Assembly: GCA_976551045.1 (NCBI GenBank)
Contig: CDPCPM010000176.1
Location: forward strand, 7,750,001 to 7,814,000
Length of the DNA stretch: 64,000 bases
Source of the DNA: Glaucostegus cemiculus
Lineage: Eukaryota
Direction: 5' to 3'
Position numbers and translations under genes: made by a program. The notes below the pieces were generated by a model. That model made no database searches and was not told the origin of the DNA. It saw nothing but the letters and a program-made list of their open reading frames with translations. The stretch's first letter is position 1, and each line of letters opens with the position of its first letter. This document shows, piece after piece, positions 36,307 to 48,929 of the stretch.

Positions 36307-39300
36307 ACTGCAGGCTGTGACTGGTGGCAAAGCCCCACCCCTGTCTCCAACGACTATCAAAGCTGCAAATGGTTTACGACATTTAAGATATTAATATTGA
36401 AATAAAATACACCAAAAAGATATTAATACACTAATTTAAAAATAGCAAAAGTAAATTGAATCATCTACAATTGCCCATTCATAATTAAAAATATTTAGCA
36501 AATGCAAAATAATTTTAGGAAAGGGAATCTTACCTTAAGGAATGTGGCAGGTTCCATTCCACAGAGATCCTCCTCGGAATCAAGGGTCACATCTGGCACA
36601 GGATCCTGTCGGTAATTCCATTAGGCAGGAGAATTCCGGCCTCTGAACTCCGAACTCGCAGTGGAGCAGACCGACAGATTCAGCATTCCGAGACTGTCGG
36701 TAATCCTGGGACTCTGTGTTTGAGAGCACTTGTGCAGAAATCCCAGACTTGCTGCTGTTTAAACACCACCAGTTCCATTCTAAACTGCTGCCTTTAGCCA
36801 TTGGGATCCCTGCCAAATCAGAGCGGGAAGCCTGAGGACTGTGTGAGTTTTGTAATTCAATAAAAAGATGACCAAGAAATCGATGGAGTAATATTCTAGA
36901 ATTTGGGAGTAAATTAAGCTGAGTCGTGAAAACAGATGGCAAAAGCTTATATTAGCAGCTGTGTATGTCAGGGAGGGTGGGGGTTATAATGGGAATAAGA
37001 AAATGGGAAGGCCATTAAATAAATACTTTTTGTCTGCCTTCATAGTAGTACATAAAATGATTCCTGAATTTATGAAAAACCAGGGGTTTAGTGGGGATAA
37101 AAGGTCTACAGAAATCCATATTTCATCCGGACTAGCCAAGGACCATATGGCTTTAACAGGAATTGTGCACTTTTACAAAAATGTTATAACTTTTAAACTG
37201 AATCCACATTCTCAACCTATCATGGTGGGATGAGAGCAATGTTCACTCGATTAGTCTAGACTTCTGATTTCCAGTCCGGCAACAGAACTGTTATTTTACT
37301 GTACCCCTGGAGATATGTGTGAAGTTTCTTTACACATTATTGTCATTGACAGAGACAGACAGTTTACAGTCTGATCCCATAATCTTTTATTGATTTTGTT
37401 TTCCCTTCAGGTTTACATATTTGGCCTTTACAATCTTTATCAAAGACTTAAATGAGGCGAACAAGTTTGATTGAAGATTTGCTGATGATACAATACTAAC
37501 AGGGAGACTAAGCTATGAGCAGGGCTCAGAGAGGTTGCATGGGGACAGAGACCAGTTAAACAGGCAAGAAAGTCCAAGCTGCACTCAAACATCGGGGAAG
37601 TGTGAGGTTATTCATGTTATTGGGAGGAATGGAAAAGCAGGTCATTCTTTTAAAATGAGTGAGATTAATTGGGACCTGAGTTTTCTCTTGAACAATTCCC
37701 TGAAATCTAACATGCACCCACCCAGAACAACCAGTGAAGAAGGATGAAAGATTTACAGTATATTTAGACTGTGGCTTTCACAACCTTGGGTCACCAGAAC
37801 TGCTTGTTGAGTGGGTTTTGAAACATAGCCTCTGTTGAAAGTTAGGAAACACTTCAATCAATTTGTGCAGAGCAAACTCACAGCAATGAACTAATAATGA
37901 GGTAATCTGGTTTTAACCTGGTGGTTGAGGGGAACATGTAGCTGGGATAACATTATCTTTTTCATCCGTTGAAAGAAAATTTCAGTTAATATCTCATCTG
38001 TAAGATTACATCCCCAACAGAGCTCAGTAGTGTTGTCTTCTACTCAGAGGAGGTTGGAGTGTGACCCCCTCCGACCCCAGTGTCCAGGCTGATACAACGT
38101 GTGACTCCTGGTCACTTGTGTCGAATGGTGGGATCCCCAGTGGGTTGTGCAGTCTATGAAGCACTGAGTGAGTGTGATGCTGTCAGAGATATAGACCTTG
38201 ATGTGAAATGTTAATCTGGCTTCCCCGGTGGGAATAAGAGACGCCTAGACACTTGAAGTGCTGGAGTTCTCCTTGCCAACTAAAGTCAGCGTAAGCAGTC
38301 ATTCTCTCTGCAGCTTGAATCAGCATGGTGGCACGGGAGGTGGCACAGTGGTGCAGCTGGTGGAGCTGCTGTCTCGCAGTTCCAGCAACCCAGGTTCGAT
38401 CCCGACCTTGGGTGCTGTCTGTGTGGAGTTTACACGTTCTCCCTGTGATTGCGTGGATTTCCACCGGGCGCTCGGCTTTCCATCCACGTCCCAGAGATAC
38501 GCTAGGTTCGCTAGGTAACTGTTTGCTGTACTAGTGAGTGATACTGGGGGAGAGTTGATGGGAATGTGGGGAGAATAAAATGAGATCAGTGTCAATGGGC
38601 ACCTCATTGTTGCCACACACTCAGCGGCCAAAGCGCCCGATTCCACGCTGCACGACTCTATGAATCTTTGGTTGCCATAGAAGCCTTGGGGGCACTTTAA
38701 GCACTTGTGAGATAAAATGTAAATTCGTCTTTAACACAGTATTTTATAGGTTGAAGAGAATTCACAAAATGCTCAGAGGTTACGCCACAAACCTCAGAAG
38801 GACTGAGAAATCTGGAGCAGGCATTAGTGTGCGTAAGGTGGCTTATCTCTACAGCAATGGTTTAGAAATGGGTGGTGGTCTAGTTTTAGTGCAGATGTCA
38901 TCCTGGACGATGCCCCCTGCATGTAAGAGTAAACACCCATTAGAGGGGTACATGCATGATGCGGGGATTTAAGAGAGAACCTCGTCAATGGAACCCGGAC
39001 TTAGCACCAACAACTGAAGGCATNNNNNNNNNNNNNNNNNNNNNNNNNNNNNNNNNNNNNNNNNNNNNNNNNNNNNNNNNNNNNNNNNNNNNNNNNNNNN
39101 NNNNNNNNNNNNNNNNNNNNNNNNNNNNNNNNNNNNNNNNNNNNNNNNNNNNNNNNNCATCTCTCATGGCACTTTTAGTTTTAGCTTTAGTTATGTGCTA
39201 AATGATGATTGTGTTAAAAGAGAAAGAAAGATCAAACGTGGCAACACCTCCCAACTCTCAGCTGGAGGCCCGAGGTCCCTCACTGTACCAGACTCCTACC

Positions 39301-40391
39301 TGGTTCCTTCCTTATCTCTGACTCATTCAGTTCCCGAATCTGCAGTTTACAAATCAGCTGTGCTGCAGGTTACTCCTCAGTTTGCCCAACATTGAACCAT
39401 CTCTTCTCCATGTGTAATTCTTCAGTCATCCTCCTTCCAGCCCTGCTGGAAATGCACAGGGTTAAGATGGAAAGTACACATTTCTGGGCACCATGTGTTA
39501 GTAGAGCCGTTAACGTAATTGTAAACGTAGATTCAACAGCATCGCAGGAACCTGAGGAGTGGACCATTGAGAGCCCTGAGCTTGCCCCACAGAGATAGGA
39601 AGCTCAGCTCTGAGTCAGGATATTGTGGGTTAAAATCCCACTCCCGAGTTATGAACACATGTGTCAGGGTGTCAGAATTCATTATTGTCATTGGTTTGGA
39701 TAATGTGAGGTCTTGTCAGGTTAATATTAAAGAAGTAATGGGAGAATTTTAATGAAGAGTAGGGATTTCTTCATGATCTGCTGGTCAACAGTTATCCCTC
39801 AACTAGCATGAACCATCTGGACACAGTATCATTGGACATTTGCAACACAGGAGGCCATTCAGTCCGTTGTGTACGTTAGTTGATAGAGAGGTCCCCAGCC
39901 TAACCCCAGCTCCCAGCACTGGGACCGTAGCCATGCAGCCACAGTTCTTCAACTACACATCCAAGTACATTAAAATTGACCAGATCTTCTGCCCCTCCCA
40001 CACTCTTTGACGATAAGTTCCAGACACCCATCACGATCTGGGTGAAACACCTTTCGTCATCTCCTGTCAAATCCTTCCACCCATTACTTTAAATCTGGTT
40101 TCAGTGCCCTCATTTTATCTACTTGATCTCTGCCCTTCATAATTTTGTAGGCATCAATTATGCCTCCCCTTAGCTTCTGCTTTTCCAAATAAAACAGGCC
40201 AAGCCTATCCAAACTTTCCTCATGGATACAGCTTCCAGTCCTGGCAACTCCTGATAAATCTGTTCTGCACCTTCTCCAATGGAATCACACCTTCTGCATA
40301 ATGTGCTACCAGAACTGTGGTGCCTAATCTGTGGTTGGTAATTCATTGCCGAGGTAGGGTTTTCCTGGCTGCTGCATTCCCTACATTATAG

Positions 40392-41443
40392 TGACCAATA
40401 CCTCCAGAACAATTATTCCCAACACTGGTGCCCCACAAGGCTGCGTCCTCAGCCCTCTACTCTACTCCCTCTACACTCACGACTGTGTGGCCAGGTTCTG
40501 CTCCAACTCCATCTACAAGTTTGCAGATGATACCACCGTTGTGGGCTGTATCGCCAGCAGCGACGAGTCAGAGTACAGGAAGGAGATAGAGAACTTAGTG
40601 GAATGGTGTCATGGCAGCAACCTTTCCCTCAATGTCAACAACACCAAAGAGTTGGTCACTGACTTCAGGAAAGGGGGCGGTGTACATGCACCTGTCTACA
40701 TCAATGATGCTGAGGTCGAGAGGGTGGAGAGCTTCAAGTTCTTAGGTGTGAACATCACCAACAGCCTGTCCTGGTCTAACCACGTAGATGCCACAGCCAA
40801 GAAAGCTCAACAGAGCCTCTACTTCCTCAGGAGGTTGAAGAAATTTGGTATGTCCCCTTCGACTCTCACCAACTTTTACCGAGTCACCATAGAAACCATC
40901 CTATCTGGTTATAGCATGGCTTGGTATGGCAACTGCTCTGTACAGGACGCAGGAAGCTTCAGAGAGTTGTGGACACAGCCCAGCACATCACGGACACCAG
41001 CCTCCCTTCTTTGGACTCTGTCTTTACCTCTCGTTGTCTTGGTGAAGCAGCCAGCATAATCAAAGATCCCACCCACCCGGGACATTCTCTCTTCTCTCCT
41101 CTTCCATCTGGTAGGAGATACAGGTGCCTGAGGGCACGCACCACCAGACTTAAGGACAGCTTCTACCCCACTGTGATAAGACTATTGAACAGTTCCGTTA
41201 TACAATGAGATGGTCTGTGACCTCACGTTCTACCTTGTGTGACCTTGCACCTTATTGCACTGCACTTTCTCTGTAGCTGTGACACTTTATTCTGTACTGT
41301 TACTGTTTTTACTGTACTACTTCAATGCACTTTGTACTAACTATGTAACTGCACTGTGTAATGAATTGACCTGTACGATCAGTTTCTAAGACAAGTTTTT
41401 CACTGTACCTCAGTACAAGTGACAATAATAAACCAATACCAAT
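40392..41443 (+). mobile_element. Rex1/Babar-like LINE, RT core to 3' tail
   Basis: ORF 40391..41059 TGAPQGCVLSPLLYSLYTHDC...KFADDTTVVG, frameshift into 40921..41208; (ACCAAT)n tail. Confidence 0.92.
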
Positions 41444-44400
41444 CCACACTTGGAAAGTATTTCATTGGCTCAGAGATATTTTGGGATCTACTTGGTCGAG
41501 AAAGGTGCTCTAGAAATGCAAAGGTTTTTTTTTCCATTCAATTTACATCTGATTTGCAAAATCAAGATGTTAGCAGCAATAGGAAACATTTTGCAGGCAA
41601 CATGGAAGAAGGTTGTGCCTTCTTTTAATGTGGTGAAGGAAGTGTGCTCCAGAAACTACATGATCTGTGGCAGAAGCCAAATTGTCTCAAGACAATCTTC
41701 ATCCTCCACTGCAGTCTTCATCTACCAGTGCATACATTGAGACACGAACCCTCTTTACCATGTTAGAACTTAGAGCTGGATGGAAATTTGACTTGTATTG
41801 CTCTTTGACCTAACCACCATGGATGATCTTACTAGGATTCTGGGCATCAGACAGCAGTTCATTGGAACGTACAAGGTTCTCCATCACTTCAAGGCTGCTA
41901 TCCATTGAGAAGGGACTTGATATGAAGCTTGAGATACTGGGAATATTTCCTCTAAGCTGTTTAGTTTTAAAATATCTTTTTAAAATAAAGGAGTGTTACT
42001 CTGGAGTGGGTGCAAAAGGGGCTACATTTTTTGCTTGGTTTCTCACTTTTAAGTGAATATCAATTTCAAACTGTCCCTCAGAAAAATGAAGGCAAATTGG
42101 AGAATTATTGTTGAGCAGAGTATTCTCAGAGGTATGGCTAATGACTAGTGAGGAAGACACTTCAGAGGATGGAGGAGGGGAGAGGGAGGGAGCCTGTGGG
42201 GTCTGTTCAGAATAGCTTCTGCAATTGGTTCTGTGCAAACAGTGACCTGACCAGCTTCAATTGCTTACTAGAACAGAAGTACCTTACTTGGCCCATTGTG
42301 TCCATGGCTGTCAGAACTGGACAAGGCCATCCCCGTTCCCCAGCTCTCAGTCCACAGTCCTGCAGGAAACATGTCTTCATCCGTTCATCCAGCTACATTT
42401 TAGAAGTGGTGAGGATTTTCAGAAAACAAGTTCCCAGCTTCTGGCACTTGTTCGGTGAAATGGGTTCTTTCTTAACTCCCCTCTATCCTTCTACCAGTGA
42501 ACTTAACGTGAATGAACCCAGGTTACTGACCTCCCTGCTAAGGGAAATGAGCCATTTCTCTTTATCTTGCGTAGGTTTCTCGTAACTTGAATCTCACTCA
42601 TGCAATGTTGCAATTGATTTGTCTTTAAATTTGGCACGCTTTCTGAACGTGTGTTGTTCAGGAAGGGCTATGGTTCGGTTCTGACCAAGGTCTGTAGGAA
42701 GGAAACTGGAGCACCTGAAGTAATGAGTGGGAAACCACATGAAGATTCACAGACTTACCTCCTTTTTCTCTTTTTCCCTCTGGGAGTGAAGCATCTCCCT
42801 AGCCTGACCTGCCGGGCATGTCTTCCTACTCTGTATTTTGCAACTCCTACATTCTTTAGTCTATAATCTCACTCTCTAATGCTCCCAATCACCCATTGAC
42901 TAGATAACCTTGTTTACACCTTATCCCCAGGGTCACCCTGGTTTGACCCTGTCAGAGACACCCCTCCCCCACCCTCCTACAGCATAGCAAACTTCTTTTG
43001 TCTCCTTCTGATGAAGGGTCTTTGACCTGAAACATTAACTCTGTTTCTCTTCCCACAGATGCAGCCTGATCTGCTCAGTGTTTCCAACATTCATTTTATT
43101 TTAGATTTTCAGCACCTGCATTTTTCGTATTCACAGTGTGTGGGCAGTGTGTGTATGCGAAATGAGACCTGCTCCTCGTGATGAGTTCCAGCATCCAATC
43201 TGTTGCCACGTTCCCACCAAAGCTGCTCTTTAACCATCTGGTAGGAGGCAGTGTAGAGGCTGGTGGGGTCACCCAGTCAGGCTCCACAACCCTTTGCATT
43301 GCTGCTCCAGTGCCTGCAGGATGAAATACAACATTCCCGACCTCCGGAAACATCAGAATGTTCTGTCTTTGGAGACTTGCAGATGACGTCATAGACCATG
43401 TACTCAGACTGAACAATATTTGTCATTGACATTGAAGATGGTATATGGGCCAAACGCAGACAACTGGAACCAGCTTAGATACTCGGCATGAACAAGTTAG
43501 GCCAAAGGACCTGTTTCCTTGTCTTACTCTGTGGTAAATGGCAGATGGCTAAAACCATCATAACAGTTGTGTTTTTTAGATAACTTCACTCGATAGTCTG
43601 AAAATTTTTATTGGTCAACCTATACACTAATTTTAGTTGTTCAAATCAGCTCAACTGAGTTAAATTGATCCCAGGCCAATCTCCCGTGAGCCGGTGTCAG
43701 GTAATCCCAAGAATTTGCTTCCTACCACAGGATTACTACCTTGTTTTTGGCATGGTGCCTTTAACCTAAAGATGCTTCTCAGAACCATGAAGGGAATGTG
43801 ATCCTGCACAGGAAAAGGTTAATCTCCATGCTTAAATCTTGGCCAGGGAGGTAGGTTTTAAAGGAGAGGCAGATGAGTTGAGGAAAGCAATTAGGAAGAG
43901 TGGGACAGGGGGCACAGTGGTGTAAGTGGGAGGCTGGCTAGGTTGTGGGATCCAGAGATTGGGGAAGGGGAGGCTCTAGATCTTTCGGGAGGTCTCCACG
44001 ACAGGAAGGGAAGTTTATCGAGTGAATTAAATATAAAGAACGAAGGAAAGAGTTAACTTGTCAGCTTTGGAGAATTAGCTGGTGGAAGGCAGCGAGGACT
44101 GGAATAATGGACAAGCAAACCTGGAGTGGGATTGAATCTTGGCAGTTGAAATATGTGGACGAGCTGAACTATGTGGTGGAGGAGGGAGTTTGGTCAGTGG
44201 ATTAACCATTTATGGAGAGAATGCCAGTGGTAGGTTGGGTGGGACAGGGACTGAGGCAGCAGAGCTGTTGGGCAGGAAGTGGAGGTTAGTATCCTGGGCT
44301 TGCTGGGGGGGTCACTTGTCCATCTCATGGTCAAGCTTTATGACAGGGAGAAGATTGGAGATGCTGCTGGTTAGATGATCGAGGGACCTGCGGACTGGTA

Positions 44401-47234
44401 AATTGGGAACGGAATCAGGGCAATGAAAGGAATGAGGGGAAGGTAGTTTACAAGCTGAGAAACAAGGTTTGAAAACAGACAAGATAAATGAGAAACAAGT
44501 AATCAGGTAATGATGAGAGGAAAGGAGGAGGGACAGAGAGAGGAGATTCTCCTGACTGGTGGCATGTGTAAGAGCCTCAGTGTGATGTTCATTATTGTAA
44601 AGGAAGGTCAAAGAACTCAGGCTGGAAATTCCAACACCTGGTGCTGTTTATGTAAGGAAGTCGGGATGAAAACTTTAACCCTTTCAGTTTAAACAGTGGT
44701 CACTTACTCTGGAGATGGTTCAAAATGATCAGTCTTTGAGGATACTTAAATTTGAACGATGACTATAGACACATCGGCGACCCATTGACAGGTGCAGCAT
44801 GGGTGTCACACCACTTAGATACGCCATGGGTTTGCCCAAAATTCCTCCCTTTGGTGAAGTTGCCACTCTTTAACTGAGACCATTAGCGACCATCTAGTGG
44901 TTCCCCTGTGCCTTTTGGCTCCGTCTACAGGCAGGTTGGTGTTAGCCCCTTGGGCCAGCAGGATAAAGATATCTGCAGTGCTACTTCAGACCAAGCACAG
45001 GAGGGAAGCCTCCCTGATGGGAGACTTCATCTAACATTCCCGCTTTTGTCGTGCACGGTGAAATTCTCAATGGCATTCTCTCACCAGACGAGATTCCCTG
45101 CCACGAGGGTAAAGGTGAGCGATTGCCTCTACCTTGTGCCTTGTATCTGAAGCAGGTCTGTGTTCCAAAGCCCCTCCTTAACTCTTGTTTTCCAGGGACT
45201 TCTATTGCCTAGTTTTGTGTCCATACCCTGTCCCAGGCTACAGGGAATTCCTGCCCAGTTTGGCTCCTGTGGTTCTAGAGAAGGAGAAGTGACGGCCCTC
45301 TCCTGCAACATGAGGCAGGCCTGATTCTTTAGGTAGGAGCAGGTGACTTAAACACATGACAGAGTGGAGCTGGGTCTGACTTCCCAGAGTCATGCTTCAA
45401 CTTTACTTCCATAGTTTAGCGCAAACAGCAAGAGTTAATATGCGTCACCTGCTGGTCTGGATTACAAGCAACAGACATAATTCATGGCCTGTCTTGGTGC
45501 GAAAGAGAAGCTTTAAGAAAACATAGGTTGCACAAAGAGCACTCCTGACACAAAATGTTGGGCGATGGGAATGTGCACTGGGATTTGGGCCACTGGCATC
45601 AGTGTGGATGGCTTGATTTTCCATTCATTCTGGAAAATTGCATTAGCTGCCTGGCTCTCCCTGGTTAAGTTTCTGCTTCATCACAGAGCATTAACACATT
45701 ATCTTCCAGGTTTTTTAATGTTAATCCTAGTGTGTCTTTAAACCTCAGCAGTGTCCGGATCAAGCCACAGGTCGACTTGGATACACCTACAGTCTGAACC
45801 TTCCTCTGTTTAATTAGGTGGACAAATTTAAAAAGGGAAACCATGTTGGAGGCAACAAAAGGAAGGAACAGGTCCTCCTGAATGGAAACAGGGGAGAAAG
45901 GACTGACGTCAAAGGAGAATTATTACATTGAAAGGATTGATTGGTTTTGGCCTGAATATGAACAAATATTAACTAAGGGAAAGGAGCAGCGAAGAAAGAT
46001 AAAAAGCAACAGGAGATAAAGAATTATAGGATTCAGGTTTTTTTGTGTAGATTAGGTCCACTGCGAAAGAATTTGGCATTTATATAGCACTTATTATGTC
46101 CTTAAAATGCCCCAAAGTGCTTTATAGCCAAATAAATACTTCTGAAATGTAGTTATTATTGTATTGAAGGGAATCCACAGCCAATTCGGGCACTTCAAGC
46201 TCTCATATCTGACAATGTGATTAAGACTAGATAATCTATTTGTGTGGCTTTGATTGAGGAATAAGAACAGGCCAAGAGCAAATATGCCACAAAATCATTG
46301 GAATTCACCTGAGAGAGCAGCCACAATGTCAGATCAACATCTCATTGGAAAGGCGTACGTATAACAATGCAGTGCTCACCTCTGACTGTACGGCACTTCC
46401 TCCTTTATACAAAGGCACTTAGATTTTTGTGTTGAAATCACTGGAATGATTTGGAGGTAAAACTGGTACCGATTCACTGAGCAACAGCCTACTCTTAATA
46501 TGCTACTTCTTTGTCAAAGTAAAGTGGGGAGTTTTGTCAGAAGCCATGTGGATTCAGGGACGTTGAACTGTTGATTTTTAAGGTTTATGTCAGATTATAT
46601 TAAAAAAAAAAATTACTTTTACTTGGCGTTCTTGGGCATTAACTCCAGCCACACCCTTATATCAGCTGACAATTTTCAATGTGCATCTGTGCCACTTAGA
46701 ACGCACAGTGTTCCCTTCCCCGTAGGGCAGGAAGGGGGACAGAAATGAAATGATAGACTGTCTGAGCTGTTAATGCTTCAGGCAACCTAAGCAGACTATT
46801 GACACCCTGAATTTTGTTCATTTGTGGCCCAGTCTGGTGTGGTCTTTGTTAGCTAGGTGGTAACCATGACTTGTGGGACAATCAAGCGGATCATGGCATT
46901 CAACTGATGGCTTCCTCAACCACAACTAGGAATTATAATTCCTTTAAGTGAAAGTATTTAAGCTCCACCGCCAAGAAATAAATCAAGTGCCAGATATTGG
47001 ATGGAAGCTGCCAGGGAAGGAGAAACAACTGTTCTCTATCAAGTCAACGTTAAGCTAGTTAAAGCTTCTTACTATTGTAATGTTTCTGTGGTTGGTCCCA
47101 TCTGTAGTTAAGAATCTGGACCTAGCTCATGTAACTACTGGTAGCAGACAATTTGAAATAGAATCCCAGGGCGAGGAGCCCTTTGTGAGTTCATTGGTGT
47201 AAACAGCAGCAAGTCTGGGACAAGTCTGATAAGG

Positions 47235-47337
47235 TTAGTAGTTCAGCTTCTTGGCAACTTCCCATGGGAATTCATTCCGGCCAAAGTGTCCATAGCAGGC
47301 GGTTTTTTGGTAGATTGCTCTCTTCAAGTTTAGGTCC
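47235..47337 (-). CDS. MAT1A: Methionine adenosyltransferase last coding exon 9
   Basis: 103 nt incl. TAA, pyrimidine tract then tctag/; [33 protein letters not shown]. Confidence 0.95.
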
Positions 47338-47849
47338 CTAGAAAAGGAAGAATTTTTTTTTTACTGTTACAATGTAGATAGGCTGAACCATAAATAACAG
47401 AGAGAGGCAGAAATGAGGGCAAGTATCCAAAATACCTTGGTCCATCCAGCAACAAGGATTCAGGATTTCATTTCTTGTTCTCTTCATGGAAAACCATCCC
47501 AGGTGTAAATCAACTGTGATCAGGGAGTTTCCTGACATCACTTCTAACTTTGTGTTCTGCTGGTTTGACCCTGTCTTTTGCCACTTTCATGATGAGATTT
47601 CAAACCATGTTTTTAATGAATCCATTATTTCCCAGCTTCTATCTCATTAGATCCTGTCCAAGATCGATGTGTTCTGTTCAAGTCCTTCTGGATGCTCCTT
47701 ACATTTTAGTTTTCTAAACCCTTGGCAATCAGCCTCATGGCTTTTCTCAGAATCACATTTGTCATACATGTAATTGTGTGACATCACTGCATGATGCATT
47801 TACTCAGCTGGGTATTGTTGTGTGAACTCTGAACCTTAAATAAACCAGG

Positions 47850-48110
47850 TGCACATTTACAGCTCTGTGTCCCCCTGTGTTAATCTGCGCATTACTCTAG
47901 ACATTAAGAGCTCTCTGTATCCCCCTTGTGTTACTCTGCATGTTACTCTAGGCATTAAGAGCTCTCTGTGTTCTCCCTCTGTTACTCTGCACATTGCTCT
48001 GCACATTTGGAGCTCTCTGTCCCCCAACCCCCCCCCCCCCCCATGTTATTCTGTATGTTACTCTGCACATATAGAGCTCTCTGTGCTCCCTCCTGTATTA
48101 CTCTGCACCT
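47850..48110. repeat. About 50-bp minisatellite, 5 copies, in MAT1A intron 8
   Basis: AGCTCT anchors at 47861, 47909, 47960, 48011, 48075; internal TTACTCTGCA subrepeats. Confidence 0.8.
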
Positions 48111-48929
48111 TACTGTTCTCGGTATGAGGAGTCAGGGAGAAGCCTCTCCCATTACAGTGGGAGAGGTGCAGGATAACAGCTCAGACCCGTCCACTATACT
48201 GGGATCCTTGGTGTGAGCCTTTTGGCTCTTATGCAGGTGGAGATGTTCTTCAGGGCAAACGATTGTTGATATTGAGGGCAAGGGTGACAATTTGCCTGCC
48301 CAAAACAAAGCCATAGAGGGGTGTGAGAGCTCCTCCTCACTGACAGGGGCTCTGGCGCATTTGGAACTGTGGCAGATTGTCCAGAGCCATGGCAGACAAA
48401 AGGCGTTTTATTTGATGAGGTGACAGAGAGATTGCAGAGTCACTTTAATCCAGCAACCTCAGACATCATCAAAGGCCATAAATTCTGAACCAGAAACCAA
48501 CACCAGCCAAGTTCATAGATACCTACACTGGCATCAAGGGGCACAAAGCCCTCATTTACATTCAAGCAAACTAGGGCTGTTTACTGAGATCTAGACTCAT
48601 AACTTACACAATGAAACTCAGGTCTAGGAAGAGCTAAGAAACTTGAAGGACATAGCCTGTTAGGCAGAATGTTTGGGACAACATTGTTGTGGTTTCCAAG
48701 GCAGATAAAATTGTCCAACTTTGCGGTGATTACTCCCAGTGAAGCTATGGACAATGAACCACACTCATTGCCAGTGTCACAGGATCTGTATCCTGAGTGG
48801 GCAGGGACCAGTAGTTTCACAAGTCGAACTTCTCCCATGAATATGTCCAATTAAACATGGATAAAGAAAGCCAACACAGTGTCATATTCAACCTCAGGGG
48901 CTTTATTCATAAACTCAGCTGCCTTATGG

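Noticed and set aside
40391-41208. Domesticated reverse-transcriptase gene
   Set aside because: 5'-truncated, frameshifted, ends in the family tail; ordinary LINE copy
41266-41277. Perfect UACAGAGAA nonamer on the MAT1A strand (also on plus at about 49068)
   Set aside because: Part of the multi-copy Rex1-like 3' tail, 6 kb past the stop codon or antisense; no hairpin context seen
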